From NCBI GenBank assembly GCA_964621615.1, contig CAZUMW010000009.1:24802-88801 (forward strand): DNA of 64,000 nt. Reading direction: 5' to 3'. Positions within the stretch are counted from its first letter, which is position 1. Each line of letters begins with the position of its first letter. This DNA comes from an uncultured Thermodesulfobacteriota bacterium. GTDB taxonomy: Bacteria > Desulfobacterota > WTBG01 > CAIYCZ01 > CAIRTM01. Position numbers and translations under genes: made by a program. Below are positions 18,814-28,900 of the stretch, in pieces. The notes beneath the pieces were generated by a model. That model was not told the DNA's origin, did no database searches, and was given only the letters and a program-made list of their open reading frames with translations.

Positions 18814-20529
18814 TTATTGTTCCGCGCCGAACAGGCCGGGGTTAACAACCAGCCCGGGGGTTGCGCTTACCGGGCCGTGACTGACTGCTTCCCCGAAAAT
18901 ATCGATATCCTCTATTATGTATGAATAGCGCGTCCTGTTTTTCACGCCAGTGTCTATATAGCGATAGCGCGCGCCGGCTGTCTGCGAGCCTCTGGCCGGT
19001 ATCAGCCCGCTGTTAATCTGTGTGTAGCCCCCTTTGTTTTTAGAGCGATATATGTTAAAGCCTGCGCTGTCCACTTCCGATGCGGTGGCCCAGGTGAGAA
19101 CGACTTTTCTGTTGCCCGGCGATGCGTTCAGATCGCTTATCGTTACAAGAGTCTGGCAGGTACAGTCCTGACACTGTCCGGAGGGGCAGTCTGCATCTGA
19201 TTCACAGGTTTCACCGGGCTCGATTACCCCGTTGCCGCACTCAGGCTCCACGCACGTGCAGCCGTCGCAATACCGGCCGGCAGGGCAGTCGGCATCCGAT
19301 TCGCACTCTTCGGCCCCTTCCACTATTCCGTTACCGCAGACCGGCTGAACACACTGACATCCCTGACAGAATTGACCTGCGGGGCAGTCGGTGTCAATTT
19401 CGCACTGCTCTCCCGGGTCGAGGGTGCCGTCCCCGCAGAGCGGCTCGCCTTTGAGCAATGTCCCGCTGCTGCCCGCAATGAATACGGTATCGGCTGAACT
19501 GCCCCACACGCTGTTCAGGTCTGAGCCTGTGCTTGAGGGCATGGCGGCCCAGCTGCTTCCGTCATGGTGCAGAATCGTGCCGCTGTTTCCCACCGCATAC
19601 ACATCGCCTGCTGCAGATCCCCATACGGCATTGAGATTATTACCTGTCGGGGAGTCCATGGTAGACCAGGAAGTACCGTCATAGTGCAGAATCGTTCCGA
19701 ATTCGCCAACAGCGAATATATCATCGGCCGCGCTCCCCCAAATGCCGTAAAGCGTTTCAGTCGATCCGGTTTCAACCGCAGTCCAGTCATACCCTTCTTT
19801 CCAGCCGGTGGTGTGGATAATGTTCGTATGGGTACCGCTTTGACACAGCATCAATGTATTTTTTTTGCACCCGTATTCACCAACCGCGTAGACATTCTGC
19901 TCGGAGCTGCCCCACACGCCGTACAAATCGATGTTGAACATGGTCGGCGGGTCGCTTTCAGCCTTGTTCACATTGCTGTTGTCAATGTCAAGGTACTGCA
20001 TGTTGTAGTAATAGGTAGCAATAAGAAACGAGCCGATAAACAGATTTCCCGGGGCCCATATTTTGTTCACTGAAACGCCCCATAAATCATATATACCCTT
20101 ACCGCTGAGGTTATTTGACGATACTTTTTCCCAGCCGGACCCGTTAAAGTAATAAACAGTTCTGTTCTGCCGGGCGCCGATGAATACGTTGTCTCCGTCT
20201 GCTCCCCATATTGTCTGCAGATCCCGATCAGCTTTGTCCGGGCTGAAATCGGCGAGCCTCCATTCGCGGCCCGTATAGTGCAGTACCGTTCCGGCCCCCG
20301 TCGGGCCGACATCCCCGATCGCGTAAATATTCGATGAGCCGCTTCCCCAGATATCGTTCAAGTCCGTGCCGGATAAATCATACGTCTCAGTCGATGTGCA
20401 CGCAGGGCTGATTGAGCCTACATCGATCTGCACCCATTGAAACGCACAGGTGTTTACCGGCAGAAGCATACAGAAAACAGTAAGTGCGGCTATTGTTGCT
20501 GTATGCGTGTGCGCTGTGTATTTCCGCAT
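18814..20529 (-). CDS. Secreted beta-propeller protein with three Cys-rich repeats and a C-terminal Ig/FN3-like domain
   Basis: Signal peptide; seven [LI]xx[IVL]WG(S)..[IV][YFW]A[VI]G repeats; three CG[DN]G..E.CE.D.DCP.G..C..C.C repeats; tail LTWATASEVDSAGFNIYRS..IEDID..GPVSATP. Confidence 0.85.
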   Translation of the reverse strand: MRKYTAHTHTATIAALTVFCMLLPVNTCAFQWVQIDVGSISPACTSTETYDLSGTDLNDIWGSGSSNIYAIGDVGPTGAGTVLHYTGREWRLADFSPDKADRDLQTIWGADGDNVFIGARQNRTVYYFNGSGWEKVSSNNLSGKGIYDLWGVSVNKIWAPGNLFIGSFLIATYYYNMQYLDIDNSNVNKAESDPPTMFNIDLYGVWGSSEQNVYAVGEYGCKKNTLMLCQSGTHTNIIHTTGWKEGYDWTAVETGSTETLYGIWGSAADDIFAVGEFGTILHYDGTSWSTMDSPTGNNLNAVWGSAAGDVYAVGNSGTILHHDGSSWAAMPSSTGSDLNSVWGSSADTVFIAGSSGTLLKGEPLCGDGTLDPGEQCEIDTDCPAGQFCQGCQCVQPVCGNGIVEGAEECESDADCPAGRYCDGCTCVEPECGNGVIEPGETCESDADCPSGQCQDCTCQTLVTISDLNASPGNRKVVLTWATASEVDSAGFNIYRSKNKGGYTQINSGLIPARGSQTAGARYRYIDTGVKNRTRYSYIIEDIDIFGEAVSHGPVSATPGLVVNPGLFGAEQ

Positions 20530-20631
20530 TTTTAGTACCTCTTTCTCATACGTATTGATTAATGTAATGGTTAGCGGGCCTAACGCTTGACACATGTAAA
20601 ATAATTGTAATACCGAACTATTGCTAGTGTA

Positions 20632-20660
20632 GTTATACGGTAGGGATAAAATCGTGTCAA
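20632..20660 (-). promoter_or_regulatory. Near-consensus sigma70 promoter for the beta-propeller gene
   Basis: TTGACA-N17-TATAAC on the minus strand within an AT-rich spacer. Confidence 0.7.
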
Positions 20661-20909
20661 GATAAATGTTTTCGTATTATAAAGAAAAATAACGAAAACA
20701 TTCACATATCAATGTGACAAAAATAGCTAAATTAATATATGCTACCCGCCTTTTTTATACATTATAATCATAAAAACAACTTCTTAGTAAATATTGAGGG
20801 GGAGCGGCTACCCGCAGCGGCTCTGCTGACATGCGCAGCGGAGTAAAAAAGCAATAACGCGTGCAGGGGGTGATGTGTGCAGCAAAAACGCTGATACAGC
20901 GCTGCGGTT

Positions 20910-22556
20910 CTATCGGCGGCGGATGGATGCGCGCACGCGGTTAATAAGCGCGTTGGTTGATGCGTCGTGGGCTGTTACCTCGCCGGGGCTGCTGAGCTCA
21001 GGCAGGATTTTTTTTGCCAGCTGCTTTCCCAGCTCGACCCCCCACTGGTCAAACGAGCAGATATTCCACAGCACGCCCTGAACGAACACCTTATGCTCAT
21101 ACATGGCAATGAGCGCGCCCAGGGCTTTCGGAGTGAGCTTCTGAAACAGAAGGGTGTTGCTGGGGCGGTTTCCCTCGCACACGCGGTGGGGGGCAACGGT
21201 GTCGATTGTCTGACGATCGGCGCCCGCTTGTCTCATTTCCTCCTCGACCTGCTCCCGTGATTTTCCGTTCATCAGAGCCTCGGTCTGCGCAAAGCAGTTT
21301 GCCAGCAGCATTGCGTGATGATCGCCGCGGGGATTGTGGCTTTCAATGGGGGCGAGGAAATCGCAGGGCACCATTTTTGTTCCCTGGTGAAGGAGCTGAA
21401 AAAACGCGTGCTGCCCGTCTGTGCCGGGCTCTCCCCAGATAACGGGAGCGGTGGACACAGATGCCGGCTTGCCGCTTTGCTGCACGTGCTTGCCGTTTGA
21501 TTCCATGTCAAGCTGCTGAATATAGGCCGGCAGAAAGCGCAGATAGTGGTCATAGGGCAGAATTGCATGGCTCTGACAGCCGAGCGTGTTGTTGTAGAGC
21601 ACTCCCAGAAGCGCAAGAATTACCGGAATGTTTTCGATGAACGGCGCACGTTTGAAATGCTCGTCCATGTCGTGTGCTCCCTGCAGGAACTCCTCGAAGC
21701 GGTCCATGCCCACGCTCAGCACCACCGGAAGGCCGATCGCCGACCATACCGAGTAGCGCCCCCCGACCCAGTCCCAGAATTCAAACATGTTTTCAGGAGC
21801 TATGCCGAAGCGCTCGACCTCATCCTTGCTGGTCGAAACAGCCACAAAGTGCAGGGGGACGCGGTCAGGGCTGCCTGCTGACTGCAGAAACCAGTCGCGC
21901 GCCGTCCGGGCATTTGTCATGGTCTCCAGCGTGGTGAACGTTTTTGAGGCGATAACAAAGAGGGTGGTTTCGGGGCTGCACCGCTTCAGGGTTTCAGCGA
22001 TATGGGTTGCATCAACATTTGAAACGAAATGCGCTCTCAGCTCAGGGTGTGCGTACGGGGCGAGCGCCTCGGTTACCATGAGCGGCCCGAGGTTGGAGCC
22101 CCCGATGCCGATATTGACTATATCGGTAATCCGCCGGCCGCTGTAGCCTTTCCACTGCCCGCTTCTTACCCGGTCTGAAAAATCCCGCATGCGGTCGCGC
22201 ACCGATATTACATCGGGCATGACATTTCTGCCGTCAGTATATACAGGCTCTGCGCTCATGTTTCTGAGAGCTGTATGCAGCACCGCCCTGTTTTCGGTTA
22301 TGTTTATTTTTTCACCGGCAAACATGCTCCTGATCCAGCCGGCCAGATCCTGCTCATGTGCAATACCGATCAGCAGAGACATGATCTGTTCGGTAATGAG
22401 GTTTTTTGAATAGTCAAGGACAATGCCGGCCCCCTCGCAGCTGAACCGCTCGCAGCGATGCGGGTCCTCCTGAAAGCACGTTGATATAGACAGGCGTTTC
22501 AGCTGATCGATATGGTGCGCAAGCCGCTGCCAGCAGCTGGCGTTGTCGGTGCTCAT
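20910..22556 (-). CDS. pgi: Glucose-6-phosphate isomerase
   Basis: [51 protein letters not shown]. Confidence 0.98.
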   Translation of the reverse strand: MSTDNASCWQRLAHHIDQLKRLSISTCFQEDPHRCERFSCEGAGIVLDYSKNLITEQIMSLLIGIAHEQDLAGWIRSMFAGEKINITENRAVLHTALRNMSAEPVYTDGRNVMPDVISVRDRMRDFSDRVRSGQWKGYSGRRITDIVNIGIGGSNLGPLMVTEALAPYAHPELRAHFVSNVDATHIAETLKRCSPETTLFVIASKTFTTLETMTNARTARDWFLQSAGSPDRVPLHFVAVSTSKDEVERFGIAPENMFEFWDWVGGRYSVWSAIGLPVVLSVGMDRFEEFLQGAHDMDEHFKRAPFIENIPVILALLGVLYNNTLGCQSHAILPYDHYLRFLPAYIQQLDMESNGKHVQQSGKPASVSTAPVIWGEPGTDGQHAFFQLLHQGTKMVPCDFLAPIESHNPRGDHHAMLLANCFAQTEALMNGKSREQVEEEMRQAGADRQTIDTVAPHRVCEGNRPSNTLLFQKLTPKALGALIAMYEHKVFVQGVLWNICSFDQWGVELGKQLAKKILPELSSPGEVTAHDASTNALINRVRASIRRR

Positions 22557-22636
22557 GGGAGCTCCTTTCTGTAGTGCGGTTATTTTTTTGCAGGAATTAT
22601 ATCAAACTGTCTGCTTTTTATGAAAACCTATTTTCC

Positions 22637-22664
22637 TTGACTTTGCATGCTGGTGGGATACAAT
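22637..22664 (+). promoter_or_regulatory. Sigma70-type promoter for recJ
   Basis: TTGACT-N16-TACAAT. Confidence 0.55.
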
Positions 22665-22708
22665 TGGTGAAATTTGTATTACGTCTTTTTCTCCCCATTT
22701 TTTGTCTT

Positions 22709-24433
22709 ATGGAAAAAGCAGACACGCTATGGCGTATAGCCGAACCCCGCCGGGACCTCTGCATAGAAATTGCCCGCTCGCTTAACATTTCCCCCCTTGT
22801 TTCACAGGTAATGATAAATCGCGGGATTACAACCCCTGATGCGGCTGCATCCTTTCTTTCCTCGAATCTTCGAGATCTGCATTCGCCGTTCCTGATGAGG
22901 GGCATAGAGCAGGCTGCACAGCACACCTGCGAAGCCGCCCTCGCGGGCAGGCCGATATGCATATACGGGGATTATGATGTCGACGGCATCACCGCAACAG
23001 CGGTCATGGTTCTGTTTCTTCAGGCCGCCGGTGCATCAGTGTTTTTTCACATCCCGACGCGTCTCGATCACGGATACGGGCTGAGCGCTGATGCGGTCAG
23101 GCAGCTCAAAAGCCGCGGCGTCCGGCTTATCATTACCGTAGACTGCGGAATCTCAGATGGTGAGGCCATAGAAAGCGCCCGCCGCGAGGGCATAGATGTC
23201 ATAGTGACCGATCATCATGAGCCCCCCGACGCCCTGCCGCCCGCCTGCGCAGTGGTGAATCCCAAGCAGCCGGGATGCCCGTTTCCCTTTAAGGGGCTTG
23301 CGGGAGTGGGTGTTGCGTTTAATCTGGTTATGGCGATGCGGAAAATGCTGCGTGATCAGGGGTTCTGGGACGGCGTGCGCGCTGAGCCCAATTTGCGGGA
23401 CTATCTTGATCTTGTTGCGCTGGGAACGATTGCGGACATTGTTCCGCTCACGGATGAAAACCGCATTTTTGTCAAACAGGGCCTCGGCGTGCTTGCCGAA
23501 AGCAGAAGGCCGGGCCTGCGCGCATTAAACCGCGTCAGCGGCGTTACGGCCGGCCGGATTTCCTCCCACACCGTTGCCTATCGTCTGGCCCCCCGCCTGA
23601 ACGCATCGGGCCGTATCTCAGATGCAGAGCTTGCAGTGCGGCTTCTGCTTACCGAAGATGAAAAAGAAGCCGATGCTCTTGCCCGCCGTATTGATGAGGA
23701 AAACACGAGGCGGCAGAAAATTGAACGTAAAACCCTTGCAGATGCCCGCTCACAGATCGTGCAGGGGGATGCGATACCCGATGCGCTGGTCATGGCATCG
23801 GCGGACTGGCATCCGGGCGTGGTGGGGCTCTGTGCCTCCCGCCTGTGCGATGAATATAACCGGCCTGTTGTTCTGTTTGCGCTTGACCCCGAAACAGGCG
23901 ATGGCAGAGGGTCGGGCAGAAGCATCGAGGGATTTGATATCTACAGCGCGCTGAAACAGTGCTCCTCTGTTTTGAAAAGCTTCGGGGGCCACCGTGCTGC
24001 CGCGGGGCTCACAATAGCGCGTGACAATATGGATGCATTTATCGAGCGTTTCGACGAAGTTGCCCGCATGCAGTTCGAGCGCAGGGACTTTACCCCCGTT
24101 ATTCCCATTGATGCGGAAATAGCCCTGGAGCTTCTTACCTGGGATATCCTTGTTGAGCTTGAAAAGCTCGAGCCGTTCGGAGCGGCTAATCCGGAGCCGG
24201 TATTCAGCGTGCGGGATATCAGGCGGTACAGCTCCATGGTTGTCGGAAACGGTCACCTGAAGCTCAAAATAATGGAGCAGGGGCAGTTTTTCGATGCTAT
24301 CGGGTTCAATATGGCATCGCGCTACAGCTTAAGCGATGAGGCGATTCATCTGGCGTTCGTTCCCCGGTTCAACTTTTTTAATGGCGAAAAAAGCATCCAG
24401 CTCAATCTCAAAGACATTAAGCTGCTTTCGTGA
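22709..24433 (+). CDS. recJ: Single-stranded-DNA-specific exonuclease RecJ
   Basis: IYGDYDVDG, ITVDCG, TDHH, LGTIADIVPL, PRLNASGR, GSGRS, FGGHRAAAG, LEPFGAANP. Confidence 0.97.
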   Translation: MEKADTLWRIAEPRRDLCIEIARSLNISPLVSQVMINRGITTPDAAASFLSSNLRDLHSPFLMRGIEQAAQHTCEAALAGRPICIYGDYDVDGITATAVMVLFLQAAGASVFFHIPTRLDHGYGLSADAVRQLKSRGVRLIITVDCGISDGEAIESARREGIDVIVTDHHEPPDALPPACAVVNPKQPGCPFPFKGLAGVGVAFNLVMAMRKMLRDQGFWDGVRAEPNLRDYLDLVALGTIADIVPLTDENRIFVKQGLGVLAESRRPGLRALNRVSGVTAGRISSHTVAYRLAPRLNASGRISDAELAVRLLLTEDEKEADALARRIDEENTRRQKIERKTLADARSQIVQGDAIPDALVMASADWHPGVVGLCASRLCDEYNRPVVLFALDPETGDGRGSGRSIEGFDIYSALKQCSSVLKSFGGHRAAAGLTIARDNMDAFIERFDEVARMQFERRDFTPVIPIDAEIALELLTWDILVELEKLEPFGAANPEPVFSVRDIRRYSSMVVGNGHLKLKIMEQGQFFDAIGFNMASRYSLSDEAIHLAFVPRFNFFNGEKSIQLNLKDIKLLS

Positions 24434-24579
24434 AGCATGAAGCGCGGAGGCGGTGCTTTTGCTGTATTCGCATACATGCCGGGTACCCGCAGTGTGAGCC
24501 GGGCGCCCAGTGCCTGCAGCGCGGGCGCGTATGACAACGAGGCCGGACTGTGTGCCTCACAGGTGCGGAGAAACACACA

Positions 24580-25191
24580 ATGCCTGCCGGCTGTGACGAA
24601 AAAGAGCTTCTGAATCAGTGTATAGCAGGCCGTGCCGATGCCTGGCACCGGTTCATCGAGCGCTATTCCTCCCTTATTTATTTTGCAATTCATGCCGTCA
24701 TGAAAAGCAGGTCTCCCGGCTCCCCGGGTGATGAAATTAACGATCTGCACAATGATGTGCTCCTGTCGCTGATGGAGAAAAACGGCCGAAAGCTCCGCCA
24801 GTATGAGGGCAAAAACGGCTGCACGGTATCCACCTGGATCAGGGTTATCGCAGTGCGGATGACAATCGACCATTTGAGAAAACAAAAAGATGAGATTTCT
24901 GTTTCAGATCAGCAGCCCCGGCCCCAGCCCGAACCTGCCGCCGACGGGGGCTCACGCATGCTGGATGCGCTCGAGGAGAAGGAAAAACAGGCGATCATGG
25001 ATGAGCTTATCGCAGAGCTCCCTGCGCGGGACCGCTTTTTTTTACGGCTTTTTTATTATGAACGGGTCCCGACCCCCCAGATAGCATCGCTTCTCAAGAC
25101 GACAAACAATGCCGTGTACAGCAAAGCACACTATATTAAAGATAAGCTCAAGGCGGCGGTGGAAAAAAAAGTTTCACAGAAAAAGCGCTAG
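24580..25191 (+). CDS. ECF-type RNA polymerase sigma-70 factor
   Basis: Region 2 (AWHRFIERY, DLHNDVLL, TWIRVIAVRMTIDHLRK) and region 4 (LPARDRFFLRLFYY..IASLL..VYS..LK) only; about 203 aa; GGAG RBS. Confidence 0.92.
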   Translation: MPAGCDEKELLNQCIAGRADAWHRFIERYSSLIYFAIHAVMKSRSPGSPGDEINDLHNDVLLSLMEKNGRKLRQYEGKNGCTVSTWIRVIAVRMTIDHLRKQKDEISVSDQQPRPQPEPAADGGSRMLDALEEKEKQAIMDELIAELPARDRFFLRLFYYERVPTPQIASLLKTTNNAVYSKAHYIKDKLKAAVEKKVSQKKR

Positions 25192-25263
25192 CCGCCGTCT
25201 ATAAGTGTGTACAAGAACTGCTGCGCACATTCAGGGTACCGCTCCCGGGGGATTATTGCTTCC

Positions 25264-25965
25264 ATGGAACAGCTTATTGCCGGTTATTTTAAAAAAAACA
25301 AGGAAAATCAAAATGCGCTGCCCTGTCCGTCAGAGGAGACCCTCTGGGACTATATGAGCGGAAGGCTTCCGGCACGGGCGTCGGAACAGGTTGCGCAGCA
25401 TTTGTGCAGCTGCGATCTGTGTGCCCGGACTCTGGTTGCCGCGGCTGAAACCGAGCCGCCTGCCCTTGAGGAGGTGCCGGGCCAGGGATGTGCTCCCCTG
25501 GTCAGCAGGCGGGTTCTGCAGCAGATCCCCCAGCCGGTGAGCGCCGGATGGCGGGGATGGGGGCGCGCCCTCGCAGAGCGTATCCGCGAAGCGGCGGGCG
25601 CCGCTGCCGGGTGGCTGTATCCCGCCTCTGCCGAGTATGTGTATGTGCGCGGAAGAACGCACGTCATATCAAAAAACCTTGTTGTTCTTGAAAAAGAATT
25701 TAAAGATATAACGCTTGAAATCGAGCTGGAAAAGACCGATACACAGAGTACCGATATAAAAGTGTATGCCCGGCGCCCGGGAATCGGAGCCCCGGCGGAC
25801 GGCCTGAGAATAAACCTGTACGCCGGCGATGCGGAAACGGCTTCCTGTGTGACGCACCGGGGGGAGGCGCTTTTTGAGCAGCTCGGATTCGGTGAATACC
25901 GGCTTCGGGTGATGGAGAACGAAAAAAACCGGGGTGAAGTGTTACTTACCATCAAGGAGCAATAG
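25264..25965 (+). CDS. Soluble zf-HC2 (ZAS) anti-sigma factor with a C-terminal Ig-like domain
   Basis: CPSEETLWDYMSG..HLCSCDLC (HxxxCxxC); no TM segment; beta-rich C-terminus (LRINLY..ALFEQLGFGEYRL); directly follows the sigma gene. Confidence 0.85.
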   Translation: MEQLIAGYFKKNKENQNALPCPSEETLWDYMSGRLPARASEQVAQHLCSCDLCARTLVAAAETEPPALEEVPGQGCAPLVSRRVLQQIPQPVSAGWRGWGRALAERIREAAGAAAGWLYPASAEYVYVRGRTHVISKNLVVLEKEFKDITLEIELEKTDTQSTDIKVYARRPGIGAPADGLRINLYAGDAETASCVTHRGEALFEQLGFGEYRLRVMENEKNRGEVLLTIKEQ

Positions 25966-25967
25966 CC

Positions 25968-28900
25968 ATGGCCGAGGACAGAGAGCAAAAACAGACCCGG
26001 GGTGCTTCAGCAGAGCCCGCCGGCATAGAGCAGCTGCTTGCCGACCGTCAGAAAATAGACGAGGAGCTGAAAGCGAAGTTTTCCCAGGACGTGACGGTTA
26101 TGTTCACGGACATAAAGGGCTCTACCAGCTTTTTTGAAAGCTACGGCGATATTGAAGGGCGCCTGATGGTTCAAAAGCACAATGATCTGCTGTTTCCCGT
26201 TGTGCAGAAATTCGGCGGCAGGGTTATAAAGACAATCGGGGATGCCATTATGGCGGCTTTTGACAGCCCCGAAGCGGCGGTACGCGCGGGCATTGAGATG
26301 CAGAGCAACCTGCAGGAGCACAACCGCGGGAAAAAGGATAAAAAAGATCAGATTCATGTAAGAATAGGCATTAATACGGGCGAGGGCCTGGTCGAGAAAA
26401 GCGACATATTCGGCGATGTTGTCAATGTTGCCGCGCGGGTCGAATCGCTGACCGAGCCGGATGAAATTCTCGTTTCCGCACCCGTATACGACCAGGTGCG
26501 CTCAACGGATGACATTATCTGCCGCTATGCACAGCAGACCCGGGTGAAGGGCAAAGAGGAGCCTATGGATGTGTATCGGGTTATATGGGCCGAAGAGGAG
26601 TGCGCTGCGGGCGTGACCCGCGGCGCCGCGTCTGCGGCAAAGGCTGCGCGGAAGCGGGCCGCCGACCGGCGCCGGCTTGAAATCGATATCAGCAGAGACG
26701 GAACCACCATCAAAGTCTCTGCAGCCGAAAAGAGCCGGCAGACCCAGAGCACTATCAGGCCCTATGAAGAAATGCAGGTATCGATGGTCGATGTCGATCA
26801 GCGCTGCAGCGAAATCACCCAGCTTTTGAACAGGGCGAACACCCGCGGGAAGGTTTCTAAAGACATTTTAAACAAGCTTCGGGATGTGGGCAACGTGCTG
26901 TTTGACATGCTGCTGACAGCACAGACAAAGGATGCTTTGCGAAAGGCCCGCGTCGACGATCTGATTTTTCACATCGAGGACAGCCTGGTGCAGATACCCT
27001 GGGAGCTGCTTTACGACGGGGACCAGTTTCTCTGCCAGAAGTTCAATATGGGCAGGCTGGTAAAAACCAGGCGCCAGATATACGATATCAGGCAGCGAAG
27101 CCTTTCCCGCCCCCTTAAAATGCTCATTGTCTCAGACCCGCGCGGGGACCTTGCGAATTCCTCAAAAGAGGGCCGGGCCATCAGGGAACACCTCGACAGG
27201 CATGCGGAGCTGATCAGCGCCAATCAGCGAAGCGGCCAGATCACGACATCCTATCTTATGGAAAAAATCCGGAATTTTGACATCGTTCACTATGCCGGCC
27301 ACGCCGACTATGATCACGAGGATCCCTCACACAGCGGGTGGCTGCTTGCGGGCGGCAAGTTTACCTCTGCAGACATTGTCAAGCTGGCGGGCGGGCGCCC
27401 CATGCCTGCGCTTGTGTTCTGCAATGCCTGCCAGTCTGGACAGACAGAGGAGTGGAAGCTCGGCGCGCAGTACAGCCGGGAAATATTCGGCCTGGCAAAT
27501 GCCTTTCTGCTGGCCGGCGTTCAGCATTATATCGGCACCTTCTGGGAGATACTCGATGAGCCGGGCGCACACTTTGCGGAGGCATTTTACCGGTCGGTTC
27601 TAGACGGCGCCACAATCGGGGAAGCCGTGAGGCAGGCCCGCGCGGAGCTGATCAAGCAGCACGGTGAGGACACGATCGTGTGGGCCAGCTATATGCTGTA
27701 CGGCGATCCGGGAATGAGCTATTGTGATTTTGACGATGAGCAGGAAGCTGAGGAGCCGCATGATGCACAGCCCCGCGTCAGGGAAGCCGCACAGGTGCGG
27801 GGTGCGCCCAGCGACGTTGTTGCCTTTGAGACGCCGCAGCCGCGCGCTTCGCGGAGCAAATACGTTATTGCCGCAGCCGCGGCGATTGTTGCGTGCGCTG
27901 CAGCTCTTCTGCTTGCCGGACGCTTTTTCAGCTCCGGAACAGATCCCTACAGTGCGGCATATGCGCAGCTGCAGGCACATAAAGTAGAGGATGCACGAAA
28001 AGCCTTTTCAGGGCTTGCCGAAGATGACCCGCGCCGCTACGAGGGCCTTGCCGCCGTCCGCTATGAGCTCGGCGATTATGACGGATCATTTACATTAAGC
28101 TCCCGCGCTCTGGAGATAGCGCCTCACAGCGTGTATGCGCATGTGCTGCAGGGGCGGGTGCTGCTGTCCCGCGGCCGTGAGGCTGACGCGCTCCAGCACT
28201 TTCAGGCAGCAGCCGGCAAAAGCGGCGGCATCTCCTGGCAGAAGGCAGAGGCGCTGAACGGAATCGCCCGCATCTGGTCCGAGTGGGGAGATACGCAGAA
28301 AGCCATGCAGTTTTACGCCCGCGCGGCAGAGCTTAACCCGAGGAGCCCGGAAATTGTTACAAACCGTGCATTTGCCATGCAGAAAACGGGCAACACCGCC
28401 GGAGCTGTGTCCGGCTTTAAGGACGCCGCCGGCCTTAACCCGCAGGATCCCTATGCATCGGTATTCCTTGCCGAAGCGCTGAAAAAGCAGAAAGCCGAGC
28501 AGGACAGCAAGCGCCGTGAGCGCATCGACAAGCTGGTTGATGAGCTTGCGGAAAACTTTGATGCCGGCGGCGCCGCGGCCGCGCAGCAGGACACGTGGAC
28601 GTCCCGGCCGCTCACCCTCAGCTTCATAAACATAACCGGCAAAGGCGCGCCGGCGCAGCGCGAGGGCGCTGACGAGTTTTTTCTCATGCAGCTGAGCGCG
28701 CTGCTGCAGGGAAGCGGCCGGGCTCAGGTTGTCGAGCGCGAGCTTCTGGAGCAGGTGCTTCAGGAGTTGAAGCTGAGCGCAACCGATCTGGTCAATCCCG
28801 ACACCGCGGTTCGCCTGGGCAGGATTCTTTCCGCCCGCGTTATTGCCACCGGATCTATTATGCGCTATAGTAATCAAATTCAGGTCAGCCTGCGCCTCAC

